This document shows positions 41,688 to 55,300 of a DNA stretch of 64,000 nucleotides, piece after piece (position 1 is the stretch's first letter; each line of letters begins with the position of its first letter). Where the stretch lies: the NCBI GenBank assembly GCA_964057225.1, contig OZ059896.1:7874001-7938000 (forward strand), written 5' to 3'. The translations under genes and the position numbers were made by a program. The notes under the pieces were generated by a model. It worked only from the letters and a program-made list of their open reading frames with translations. It did no database searches and had not been told where the DNA came from. The stretch comes from Auanema rhodensis. Its lineage: Eukaryota; Animalia; Nematoda.

Positions 41688-42663
41688 AGGAAAACGAAAA
41701 AGATTGCTCCCGGTGAGGCTCGAACTCACGACCTTCAGATTATGAGACTGACGCGCTGCCTACTGCGCTACGGAAGCTACGAATATATCGTATTCGCATA
41801 TTTCTTAGTAGCTACGAACATACAATGACAACCAAAACTATAAAAATGAAAGAATATCTTTTGTATCAGAATAAATCGAGGAAAACGAAAAAGATTGCTC
41901 CCGGTGAGGCTCGAACTCACGACCTTCAGATTATGAGACTGACGCGCTGCCTACTGCGCTACGGAAGCTACGAATATATCGTATTCGCATATTTCTTAGT
42001 AGCTACGAACATAGAATGACAACCAAAACTATAAAAATGAAAGAATATCTTTTGTATCAGAATAAATCGAGGAAAACAAAAAAGATTGCTCCCGGTGAGG
42101 CTCGAACTCACGACCTTCAGATTATGAGACTGACGCGCTGCCTACTGCGCTACGGAAGCTACGAATATATCGTATTCGCATATTTCTTAGTAGCTACAAA
42201 CATACAATGACAACCAAAACTATAAAAATGAAAGAATATCTTTTGTATCAGAATAAATCGAGGAAAACGAAAAAGATTGCTCCCGGTGAGGCTCGAACTC
42301 ACGACCTTCAGATTATGAGACTGACGCGCTGCCTACTGCGCTACGGAAGCTACGAATATATCGTATTCGCATATTTCTTAGTAGCTACGAACATACAATG
42401 ACAACCAAAACTATAAAAATGAAAGAATATCTTTTGTATCAGAATAAATCGAGGAAAACGAAAAAGATTGCTCCCGGTGAGGCTCGAACTCACGACCTTC
42501 AGATTATGAGACTGACGCGCTGCCTACTGCGCTACGGAAGCTACGAATATAGCGTGTGCGCAAATTTCTTAGTAGCTACGAACATACAATAGACAACCAT
42601 AACTACAAAAATGAAATAACATCTTTTGTATCGGAATAAATCGAGGAAAACGAAAACGATTGC

Positions 42664-43859
42664 GGTTCTTTTTCCGTATCTAGGGCTTTGGGGGGGAGGG
42701 GTCTCTTTCTATTAAGGAATAATATTTCATTACATTCACAATGAATTATGAAAGCGAATATTACTTTGTAAATGTCTGTAATAAGTATAATAAAACTTGA
42801 TTATATTATGATATAAAAATTGAATCATTATTGGTTATTGCTTCTGCATTATTAACCATACTTCGTCTAAATGTTCGCTCCAAAAAAGAGACTTCGTACT
42901 GAAGCTGATGCCATCCAATTCCTGCAAGAGAAGGAAATAATCTCTCAAACTAACGAAGGTGACCGATGAACACGACAAATGAGTCTTTCTGCTGCTCGAA
43001 ATAAGTGAAGGTATATTAGAAAAGACTGTAGAAGAGAAATTTTGATAAAAAATGGAACATTTCATCAATTCATAAAGTTAAAATCTAAATATAATCAACA
43101 CAAACATTTTAGGCTCAAAATAAGGTTATACCAAGTTCATTTTTTTCGTACACGGCTGGAGCAAGGAATACACTACTGTAAAGTTCTGTCAATATGAGTT
43201 AGGAATAAGCTCTTGCAAAACAGCCGTGGATTATAATAAATATATAAGAAAAGTTTGTGCATTTAACCTCTTGAAGCATTCTCCAAAGATTGGAGATCCC
43301 AGTTTGACTGTTGAATTTGATGAAACGTTAGTTTCTAGCAGAAAGTTTAATGCGGGTAGTATTAGGCCAGCGCAATGGGTTTTCTGCTGTTCCTGATAGA
43401 AGTGCAGAAACCTTAAACAGCTGCGTTATTAATTGTATTGAGCGTGAAGTTAATATACTGAGTGATTGTTGCAGAGCATATGGGAGTATTAATAGTCTTT
43501 CACAAAATTATAGGCATTTAACAGTCAATCATACGTATAACTTCACGGATCCCGAGACCGGAGCTAATACCAAAATAATTGAAGGTCTTTGAGATTTAGC
43601 TAAAACTAAAAGCAAGCGCATGCACAGGGTACAGCAAAATATGTTGGATGGTTACCTCTCTGAGTATATTTGGAGTAGATGAAATGGTAACAGCTACCTT
43701 TTTGAATGTATTTTTATTGATATTGTTGAATGTACCCAGGAAGAAACTCAAATATGTGAACTATGAGCTAACACAACGAGATAGGATTAGGTTTATAGAT
43801 GATAACGTTATAAAAAGTTCAGCTTATGTACTAGGCAATCAACACCAACACTTTCTTCA
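42664..43859 (+). pseudogene. Merlin/ISXO2 remnant, copy 8
   Basis: Same variant as copy 6. Confidence 0.88.
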
Positions 43860-44835
43860 AGGAAAACGAAAAAGATTGCTTCCGGTGAGGCTCGAACTCA
43901 CGACCTTCAGATTATGAGACTGACGCGCTGCCTACTGCGCTACGGAAGCTACGAATATATCGTATTCGCATATTTCTTAGTAGCTACGAACATACAATGA
44001 CAACCAAAACTATAAAAATGAAAGAATATCTTTTGTATCAGAATAAATCGAGGAAAACGAAAAAGATTGCTCCCGGTGAGGCTCGAACTCACGACCTTCA
44101 GATTATGAGACTGACGCGCTGCCTACTGCGCTACGGAAGCTACGAATATATCGTATTCGCATATTTCTTAGTAGCTACGAACATAGAATGACAACCAAAA
44201 CTATAAAAATGAAAGAATATCTTTTGTATCAGAATAAATCGAGGAAAACAAAAAAGATTGCTCCCGGTGAGGCTCGAACTCACGACCTTCAGATTATGAG
44301 ACTGACGCGCTGCCTACTGCGCTACGGAAGCTACGAATATATCGTATTCGCATATTTCTTAGTAGCTACAAACATACAATGACAACCAAAACTATAAAAA
44401 TGAAAGAATATCTTTTGTATCAGAATAAATCGAGGAAAACGAAAAAGATTGCTCCCGGTGAGGCTCGAACTCACGACCTTCAGATTATGAGACTGACGCG
44501 CTGCCTACTGCGCTACGGAAGCTACGAATATATCGTATTCGCATATTTCTTAGTAGCTACGAACATACAATGACAACCAAAACTATAAAAATGAAAGAAT
44601 ATCTTTTGTATCAGAATAAATCGAGGAAAACGAAAAAGATTGCTCCCGGTGAGGCTCGAACTCACGACCTTCAGATTATGAGACTGACGCGCTGCCTACT
44701 GCGCTACGGAAGCTACGAATATAGCGTGTGCGCAAATTTCTTAGTAGCTACGAACATACAATAGACAACCATAACTACAAAAATGAAATAACATCTTTTG
44801 TATCGGAATAAATCGAGGAAAACGAAAACGATTGC

Positions 44836-46032
44836 GGTTCTTTTTCCGTATCTAGGGCTTTGGGGGGGAGGGGTCTCTTTCTATTAAGGAATAATATTTC
44901 ATTACATTCACAATGAATTATGAAAGCGAATATTACTTTGTAAATGTCTGTAATAAGTATAATAAAACTTGATTATATTATGATACAAAAATTGAATCAT
45001 TATTGGTCATTGCTTCTGCATTATCAACCATACTTCGTTTAAATGTTCGCTCCAAAAAAGAGACTTCGTACTGAAGCTGATGCCATCCAATTCCTGCAAG
45101 AGAAGGAAATAATCTCTCAAACTAACGAAGGTGACCGATGAACACGACAAATGAGTCTTTCTGCTGCTCGAAATAAGTGAAAGGTATATTAGAAAAGACT
45201 GTAGAAGAGAAATTTTAATAAAAAATGGAACATTTCATCAATTCATAAAGTTAAAATCTAAATATAATCAACACAAACATTTTAGGCTCAAAATTAGGTT
45301 ATACCAAGTTCATTTTTTTCGTACACGGCTGGAGCAAGGAATACACTACTGTAAAGTTCTGTCAATATGAGTTAGGAATAAGCTCTTGCAAAACAGCCGT
45401 GGATTATAATAAATATATAAGAAAAGTTTGTGCATTTAACCTCTTGAAGCATTCTCCAAAGATTGGAGATCCCAGTTTGACTGTTGAATTTGATGAAACG
45501 TTAGTTTCTAGCAGAAAGTTTAATGCGGGTAGTATTAGGCCAGCGCAATGGGTTTTCTGCTGTTCCTGATAGAAGTGCAGAAACCTTAAACAGCTGCGTT
45601 ATTAATTGTATTGAGCGTGAAGTTAATATACTGAGTGATTGTTGGAGAGCATATGGGAGTATTAATAGTCTTTCACAAAATTATAGGCATTTAACAGTTA
45701 ATCATACGTATAACTTCACGGATCCCGAGACCGGAGCTAATACCAAAATAATTGAAGGTCTTTGAGATTTAGCTAAAACTAAAAGCAAGCGCATGCACAG
45801 GGTACAGCAAAATATGTTGGATGGTTACCTCTCTGAGTATATTTGGAGTAGATGAAATGGTAACAGCTACCTTTTTGAATGTATTTTTATTGATATTGTT
45901 GAATGTACCCAGGAAGAAACTCAAATATGTGAACTAAGAGCTAACACAACGAGATAGGATTAGATTTATAGATGATAACGTTATAAAAAGTTCAGCTTAT
46001 GTACTAGGCAATCAACACCAACACTTTCTTCA
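44836..46032 (+). pseudogene. Merlin/ISXO2 remnant, copy 9
   Basis: Same +1 A variant as copy 7. Confidence 0.88.
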
Positions 46033-48107
46033 AGGAAAACGAAAAAGATTGCTCCCGGTGAGGCTCGAACTCACGACCTTCAGATTATGAGACTGACGCG
46101 CTGCCTACTGCGCTACGGAAGCTACAAATATATCGTATTCGCATATTTCTTAGTAGCTACGAACATACAATGACAACCAAAACTATAAAAATGAAAGAAT
46201 ATCTTTTGTATCAGAATAAATCGAGGAAAACGAAAAAGATTGCTCCCGGTGAGGCTCGAACTCACGACCTTCAGATTATGAGACTGACGCGCTGCCTACT
46301 ACGCTACGGAAGCTACGAATATATCGTATTCGCATATTTCTTAGTAGCTACGAACATACAATGACAACCAAAACTATAAAAATGAAAGAATATCTTTTGT
46401 ATCAGAATAAATCGAGGAAAACGAAAAAGATTGCTCCCGGTGAGGCTCGAACTCACGACCTTCAGATTATGAGACTGACGCGCTGCCTACTGCGCTACGG
46501 AAGCTACGAATATATCGTATTCGCATATTTCTTAGTAGCTACGAACATACAATGACAACCAAAACTATAAAAATGAAAGAATATCTTTTGTATCAGAATA
46601 AATCGAGGAAAACGAAAAAGATTGCTCCCGGTGAGGCTCGAACTCACGACCTTCAGATTATGAGACTGACGCGCTGCCTACTGCGCTACGGAAGCTACGA
46701 ATATAGAGTGTGCGCAAATTTCTTAGTAGCTACAAACATACAAGAAACAACCAAAATTACAAAAATGAAATAACATATTTTGTATCAGAATAAATCTCGG
46801 AAAACGGAAAAGATTGCTCCCGGTGAGGCTCGAACTCACGACCTTCAGATTATGAGACTGACGCGCTGCCTACTGCGCTACGGAAGCTACGAATATAGAG
46901 TGTGCGCAAATTTCTTAGTAGCTACAAACATACAAGAAACAACCAAAATTACAAAAATGAAATAACATATTTTGTATCAGAATAAATCTCGGAAAACGGA
47001 AAAGATTGCTCCCGGTGAGGCTCGAACTCACGACCTTCAGATTATGAGACTGACGCGCTGCCTACTGCGCTACGGAAGCTACGAATATATCGTATTCGCA
47101 TATTTCTTAGTAGCTACGAACATACAATGACAACCAAAACTATAAAAATGAAAGAATATCTTTTGTATCAGAATAAATCGAGGAAAACGAAAAAGATTGC
47201 TCCCGGTGAGGCTCGAACTCACGACCTTCAGATTATGAGACTGACGCGCTGCCTACTGCGCTACGGAAGCTACGAATATATCGTATTCGCATATTTCTTA
47301 GTAGCTACGAACATACAATGACAACCAAAACTATAAAAATGAAAGAATATCTTTTGTATCAGAATAAATCGAGGAAAACGAAAAAGATTGCTCCCGGTGA
47401 GGCTCGAACTCACGACCTTCAGATTATGAGACTGACGCGCTGCCTACTGCGCTACGGAAGCTACGAATATATCGTATTCGCATATTTCTTAGTAGCTACG
47501 AACATACAATGACAACCAAAACTATAAAAATGAAAGAATATCTTTTGTATCAGAATAAATCGAGGAAAACGAAAAAGATTGCTCCCGGTGAGGCTCGAAC
47601 TCACGACCTTCAGATTATGAGACTGACGCGCTGCCTACTGCGCTACGGAAGCTACGAATATATCGTATTCGCATATTTCATAGTAGAAACTAACATACAA
47701 GAGACAACCAAAACTACAAAAATGAAATAACATCTTTTATATCAGAATAAATCTGGGAAAACGGAAAAGATTGCTCCCGGTGAGGCTCGAACTCACGACC
47801 TTCAGATTATGAGACTGACGCGCTGCCTACTGCGCTACGGAAGCTACGAATATAGCGTGTGCGCAAATTTCTTAGTAGCTACGAACATACAATAGACAAC
47901 CATAACTACAAAAATGAAATAACATCTTTTGTATCGGAATAAATCGAGGAAAAGAAAAAAGATTGCTCCCGGTGAGGCTCGAACTCACGACCTTCAGATT
48001 ATGAGACTGACGCGCTGCCTACTGCGCTACGGAAGCTACGAATACAGCGTGTGCGCAAATTTCTTAGTAGCTACGAACATACAAGAGACAACCAAAACTA
48101 CAAAAAT

Positions 48108-49363
48108 TCCTTTTCCTATTTTTATATCTCGTCTTTTTCATTTCTTTTTTCACTATGTCCTCTTCCCAATCTGTTTCAAAATCCGATTTTACCGCACTTT
48201 CTGATTCTCTCGAAGAATCTTTCTCCCAATTTTCTTCTGAATTACGTGGCATTATTTTCTCTATTCAAACTACCGTTAATTCTAATTGTACCCGTATTGC
48301 GGAATTAGAATCAAAGGTTGCCTCACTGTGTAGCTCGCTCAAAAATGGTACTTCTCAAGAGGTTGTATCTAATTTAGTTAACATAAGTTCAGAGAAGTCA
48401 AAATTTCCTGACCGTGCTACAAAACTCCTTTGGTTCAATGTTCCATTGAGCAGTACGGACTTTTCTTCCGATCCCACTTCTCTTGTGTCGGATGTTCTTA
48501 ATCTGTCCAAGAACACTGAAATATGTAGTTTATTAAGCTCTCGTGCAATTGTTGTTACCCGCTACAATTCTAAGACCAAACTCCCTGGCCCTATTGCTAT
48601 AAATTGCCCTAGTGAACAAATTCGTGATACTTGCATATAACTAATCCGCAATCACAAAGAAGTTCTTTCCGCTTCACTCAAAAAAACTTTTGTGAGAAGA
48701 GACTATTCGAAATAGAATTTGAACGTGAATTGAAGGAAAAGTGCAAGGTTATGAATTCTACTGGGACTAACAGCCTTCATATTGTTCGTAATTTCAAAAT
48801 TGTTAAGATCATCAAAAAAATATCCTCAATTAGTTCTCCTACTCCAGCTCCTACCTGTACTCATCTTATTTCTCCTGTTTCCCCTTCTTCCCCAAATATT
48901 GTACAAATCGCTCCTCCGCCTTCCAAAGCAAGCCGTACTTCTCTTGAGGTCGACAGGTCTCCTTGTCAATTTCCTTCACCCTCAAGACGAAAATCACGAC
49001 ATGCTCCTTATGCTCTGAGATCACTCTCCTGTCCCAGAGTTAAAAACCCAACAATACCTCTTACCGCACCTTCCCTATCTGACCCTACCTCAAGTCTCCC
49101 CCTAGTTCCTAATCATACTCCCTTCACCAAATCACTTCCACCTCCAAAACATAGCTTTCGTTTATCATACTTCTTTCCCTGCCCCCCTCTCGGTCTATTT
49201 CTCTAACGCTCGTTCTGTTTTGAAAAAATTCCCCCATTTCAATTTTGTTTCCACTGCTTATAACCCTGACATTATTTGTTTCAATGAAAGTTGGCTAAAT
49301 AGTGATATCTGTAGCTCAACTTTACCACTTTCTGATTTATATTATGTTATCCGTAGTGATAGG
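48108..49363 (+). mobile_element. 3'-truncated non-LTR retrotransposon (CR1/Jockey-like LINE): 5'UTR, frameshifted ORF1, start of AP endonuclease
   Basis: Pyrimidine-rich leader; coiled-coil-like ORF1 (48155-48640, continued in 48631-49206); APE motifs SNARSVLKK, PDIICFNESWL, YVIRSDR, then an abrupt switch to tRNA repeat. Confidence 0.82.
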
Positions 49364-52300
49364 CACCGCGAGCCATCTTTTCCGTTTTCCCAGATTTATT
49401 CTGATACAAAAGATATTCTTTCATTTTTGTAGTTTTGGTTGTCTCTTGTATGTTCGTAGCTACTAAGAATTTTGCGCACACGCTGTACTCGTAGCTTCCG
49501 TAGCGCAGTAGGCAGCGCGTCAGTCTCATAATCTGAAAGTCGTGAGTTCGAGCCTCAACGGAAGCAATCTTTTCCGTTTTCCGAGACTTATTCTGATACA
49601 ATATATGTTATTTCATTTTTGTAATTTTGGTTGTCTCTTGTATGTTTGTAGCTACTAAGAAATATGCGAATACGATATATTCGTAGCTTCCGTAGCGCAG
49701 TAGGCAGCGCGTCAGTCTCATAATCTGAAGGTCGTGAGTTCGAGCCTCACCGGGAGCAATCTTTTTCGTTTTCCTCGATTTATTCTGATACAAAAGATAT
49801 TCTTTCATTTTTATAGTTTTGGTTGTCATTGTATGTTAGTTTCTACTATGAAATATGCGAATACGATATATTCGTAGCTTCCGTAGCGCAGTTCCAGCCT
49901 CAACGGAAGCAATCTTTTCCGTTTTCCCAAATTTATTCTGATACAAAAGATTTTTTTTCATTTTTGTAGTTTTGGTTGTCTCTTGTATGTTCGTAGCTAC
50001 TAAGAAATTTGCGCACACGCTTAATTCGTAGCTTAGTTTCTTTCATGAAATATGCGAATACGATATATTCGTACTAAGAAATTTGCGCACACGCTTAATT
50101 CGTAGCTTAGTTTCTTTCATGAAATATGCGAATACGATATATTCGTAGCTTCCGTAGCGCAGTAGGCAGCGCGTCAGTCTCATAATCTGAAGGTCGTGAG
50201 TTCGAGCCTCACCGGGAGCAATCTTTTCTGTTTTCCCAGATTTATTCTGATACAAAAGATGTTATTTCATTTTTGTAGTTTTGGTTGTCTCTTGTATGTT
50301 CGTAGCTACTAAGAATTTTGCGCACACGCTGTATTCGTAGCTTCCGTAGCGCACTAAGCAGCGCGTCAGTCTCATAATCTGAAAGTCGTGAGTTCGAGCC
50401 TCAACGGAAGCAATCTTTTCCGTTTTCCCAAATTTATTCTGATACAAAAGATTTTTTTTCATTTTTGTAGTTTTGGTTGTCTCTTGTATGTTAGTTTCTA
50501 CTAAGAAATTTGCGCACACGCTTTATTCGGAGCTTCCGTAGCGCAGTAGGCAGCGCGTCAGTCTCATAATCTGAAGGTCGTGAGTTCGAGCCTCACCGGG
50601 AGCAATTTTTTCCGTTTTCCCAGATTTATTCTGATACAAAAGATGTTATTTCATTTTTGTAGTTTTGGTTGTCTCTTGTATGTTAGTTTCTACTATGAAA
50701 TATGCGAATACGATATATTCGTAGCTTCCGTAGCGCAGTAGGCAGCGCGTCAGTCTCATAATCTGAAGGTCGTTACTTCTAGCGTCAGCGGGAGCAATCT
50801 TTTCCGTTTTCCCTATATTTATTCTGATACAAAAGATGTTATTTCATTTTTGTAGTTTTGGTTGTCTCTTGTATGTTAGTTTCTACTATGAAATATGCGA
50901 ATACGATATATTCGTAGCTTCCGTAGCGCAGTAGGCAGCGCGTCAGTCTCATAATCTGAAGGTCGTGAGTTCGAGCCTCACCGGGAGCAATCTTTTCCGT
51001 TTTCCGAGATTTATTCTGATACAAAATATGTTATTTCATTTTTGTAATTTTGGTTGTTTCTTGTATGTTTGTAGCTACTAAGAAATTTGCGCACACTCTA
51101 TATTCGTAGCTTCCGTAGCGCAGTAGGCAGCGCGTCAGTCTCATAATCTGAAGGTCGTGAGTTCGAGCCTCACCGGGAGCAATCTTTTCCGTTTTCCCAG
51201 ATTTTTTCTGATACAAAAGATGTTATTTCATTTTTGTAGTTTTGGTTGTCTCTTGTATGTTAGTTTCTACTATGAAATATGCGAATACGATTTATTCGTA
51301 GCTTCCGTAGCGCAGTAGGCAGCGCGTCAGTCTCATAATCTGAAGGTCGTGAGTTCGAGCCTCACCGGGAGCAATCTTTTCCGTTTTCCGAGATTTATTC
51401 TGATACAAAATATGTTATTTCATTTTTGTAATTTTGGTTGTTTCTTGTATGTTTGTAGCTACTAAGAAATTTGCGCACACGATATATTCGTAGCTTCCGT
51501 AGCGCAGTAGGCAGCGCGTCAGTCTCATAATCTGAAGGTCGTTACTTCTAGCCTCACCGGGAGCAATCTTTTCCGTTTTCCCTATATTTATTCTGATACA
51601 AAAGATATTCTTCCATTTTTATAGTTTTGGTTGTCATTGTATGTTCGTAGCTACTAAGAAATATGCGAATACGATTTATTCGTAGCTTCCGTAGCGCAGT
51701 AGGCAGCGCGTCAGTCTCATAATCTGAAGGTCGTGAGTTCGAGCCTCACCGGGAGCAATCTTTTCCGTTTTCCTCGATTTATTCTGATACAAAAGATATT
51801 CTTTCATTTTTGTAATTTTGGTTGTCTCTTGTATGTTCGTAGCTACTAAGAAATATGCGAATACGATTTATTCGCAGCTTCCGTAGCGCAGTAGGCAGCG
51901 CGTCAGTCTCATAATCTGAAGATCGTGAGTTCGAGCCTCACCGGGAGCAATCTTTTCCGTTTTCCTCGATTTATTCTGATACAAAATATGTTATTTCATT
52001 TTTGTAATTTTGGTTGTCTCTTGTATGTTTGTAGCTACTAAGAAATTTGCGCACACGCTATATTCGTAGCTTCCGTAGCGCAGTAGGCAGCGCGTCAGTC
52101 TCATAATCTGAAGGTCGTGAGTTCGAGCCTCACCGGGAGCAATCTTTTCGTTTTCCCAGATTTATTCTGATACAAAAGATGTTATTTCATTTTTGTAGTT
52201 TTGGTTGTCTCTTGTATGTTAGTTTCTACTAAGAAATATGCGAATACGATATATTCGTAGCTTCCGTAGCGCAGTAGGCAGCGCGTCAGTCTCATAATCT

Positions 52301-55300
52301 GAAGGTCGTGAGTTCGAGCCTCACCGGGAGCAATCGTTTTCGTTTTCCTCGATTTATTCTGATACAAAAGATATTCTTTCATTTTTATAGTTTTGGTTGT
52401 CATTGTATGTTCGTAGCTACTAAGAAATATGCGAATACGATATATTCGTAGCTTCCGTAGCGCAGTAGGCAGCGCGTCAGTCTCATAATCTGAAGGTCGT
52501 GAGTTCGAGCCTCACCGGGAGCAATCTTTTCCGTTTTCCCAGATTTATTCTGATACAAAAGATGTTATTTCATTTTTGTAGTTTTGGTTGTCTCTTGTAT
52601 GTTAGTTTCTACTATGAAATATGCGAATACGATATATTCGTAGCTTCCGTAGCGCAGTAGGCAGCGCGTCAGTCTCATAATCTGAAGGTCGTGAGTTCGA
52701 GCCTCACCGGGAGCAATCTTTTTCGTTTTCCTCGATTTATTCTGATACAAAAGATATTCTTTCATTTTTATAGTTTTGGTTGTCATTGTATGTTCGTAGC
52801 TACTAAGAAATATGCGAATACGATATATTCGTAGCTTCCGTAGCGCAGTAGGCAGCGCGTCAGTCTCATAATCTGAAGGTCGTGAGTTCGAGCCTCACCG
52901 GGAGCAATCTTTTCCGTTTTCCCAGATTTATTCTGATACAAAAGATGTTATATCATTTTTGTAGTTTTAGTTGTCTCTTGTATGTTAGTTTCTACTATGA
53001 AATATGCGAATACGATATATTCGTAGCTTCCGTAGCGCAGTAGGCAGCGCGTCAGTCTCATAATCTGAAGGTCGTGAGTTCGAGCCTCACCGGGAGCAAT
53101 CTTTTCCGTTTTCCGAGATTTATTCTGATACAAAAGATGTTATTTCATTTTTGTAGTTTTGGTTGTCTCTTGTATGTTAGTTTCTACTAAGAAATATGCG
53201 AATACGATATATTCGTAGCTTCCGTAGCGCAGTAGGCAGCGCGTCAGTCTCATAATCTGAAGGTCGTGAGTTCGAGCCTCACCGGGAGCAATCGTTTTCG
53301 TTTTCCTCGATTTATTCTGATACAAAAGATATTCTTTCATTTTTATAGTTTTGGTTGTCATTGTATGTTCGTAGCTACTAAGAAATATGCGAATACGATA
53401 TATTCGTAGCTTCCGTAGCGCAGTAGGCAGCGCGTCAGTCTCATAATCTGAAGGTCGTGAGTTCGAGCCTCACCGGGAGCAATCTTTTCCGTTTTCCCAG
53501 ATTTATTCTGATACAAAAGATGTTATTTCATTTTTGTAGTTTTGGTTGTCTCTTGTATGTTAGTTTCTACTATGAAATATGCGAATACGATATATTCGTA
53601 GCTTCCGTAGCGCAGTAGGCATCGCGTCAGTCTCATAATCTGAAGGTCGTGAGTTCGAGCCTCACCGGGAGCAATCTTTTTCGTTTTCCTCGATTTATTT
53701 TGATACAAAAGATATTCTTTCATTTTTATAGTTTTGGTTGTCATTGTATGTTCGTAGCTACTAAGAAATATGCGAATACGATATATTCGTAGCTTCCGTA
53801 GCGCAGTAGGCAGCGCGTCAGTCTCATAATCTGAAGGTCGTGAGTTCGAGCCTCACCGGGAGCAATCTTTTCCGTTTTCCCAGATTTATTCTGATACAAA
53901 AGATGTTATATCATTTTTGTAGTTTTAGTTGTCTCTTGTATGTTAGTTTCTACTATGAAATATGCGAATACGATATATTCGTAGCTTCCGTAGCGCAGTA
54001 GGCAGCGCGTCAGTCTCATAATCTGAAGGTCGTGAGTTCGAGCCTCACCGGGAGCAATCTTTTCCGTTTTCCGAGATTTATTCTGATACAAAATATGTTA
54101 TTTCATTTTTGTAATTTTGGTTGTTTCTTGTATGTTTGTAGCTACTAAGAAATTTGCGCACACTCTATATTCGTAGCTTCCGTAGCGCAGTAGGCAGCGC
54201 GTCAGTCTCATAATCTGAAGGTCGTGAGTTCGAGCCTCACCGGGAGCAATCTTTTCCGTTTTCCCAGATTTTTTCTGATACAAAAGATGTTATTTCATTT
54301 TTGTAGTTTTGGTTGTCTCTTGTATGTTAGTTTCTACTATGAAATATGCGAATACGATATATTCGTAGCTTCCGTAGCGCAGTAGGCAGCGCGTCAGTCT
54401 CATAATCTGAAGGTCGTTACTTCTAGCCTCACCGGGAGCAATCTTTTCCGTTTTCCCTATATTTATTCTGATACAAAAGATATTCTTCCATTTTTATAGT
54501 TTTGGTTGTCATTGTATGTTCGTAGCTACTAAGAAATATGCGAATACGATTTATTCGTAGCTTCCGTAGCGCAGTAGGCAGCGCGTCAGTCTCATAATCT
54601 GAAGGCCGTGAGTTCGAGCCTCACCGGGAGCAATCTTTTCCGTTTTCCTCGATTTATTCTGATACAAAAGATATTCTTTCATTTTTGTAATTTTGGTTGT
54701 CTCTTGTATGTTCGTAGCTACTAAGAAATATGCGAATACGATATATTCGTAGCTTCCGTAGCGCAGTAGGCAGCGCGTCAGTCTCATAATCTGAAGATCG
54801 TGAGTTCGAGCCTCACCGGGAGCAATCTTTTCCGTTTTCCTCGATTTATTCTGATACAAAATATGTTATTTCATTTTTGTAATTTTGGTTGTCTCTTGTA
54901 TGTTTGTAGCTACTAAGAAATTTGCGAATACGATATATTCGTAGCTTCCGTAGCGCAGTAGGCAGCGCGTCAGTCTCATAATCTGAAGGTCGTGAGTTCG
55001 AGCCTCACCGGGAGCAATCTTTTCCGTTTTCCTCGATTTATTCTGATACAAAAGATATTCTTTCATTTTTGTAATTTTGGTTGTCTCTTGTATGTTCGTA
55101 GCTACTAAGAAATATGCGAATACGATATATTCGTAGCTTCCGTAGCGCAGTAGGCAGCGCGTCAGTCTCATAATCTGAAGGCCGTGAGTTCGAGCCTCAC
55201 CGGGAGCAATCTTTTCCGTTTTCCTCGATTTATTCTGATACAAAAGATATTCTTTCATTTTTGTAATTTTGGTTGTCTCTTGTATGTTCGTAGCTACTAA

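Larger units (their letters stand above)
22924..48107 (-). tRNA. tRNA-Met(CAT): Tandem array of ~74 elongator tRNA-Met(CAT) genes, 191(192)-bp unit, in blocks of 17,9,3,2,12,5,5,5,5,11 separated by transposase fragments
   Basis: Each unit carries the reverse complement of GCTTCCGTAGCGCAGTAGGCAGCGCGTCAGTCTCATAATCTGAAGGTCGTGAGTTCGAGCCTCACCGGGAGCA followed by an oligo-T terminator. Confidence 0.96.
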
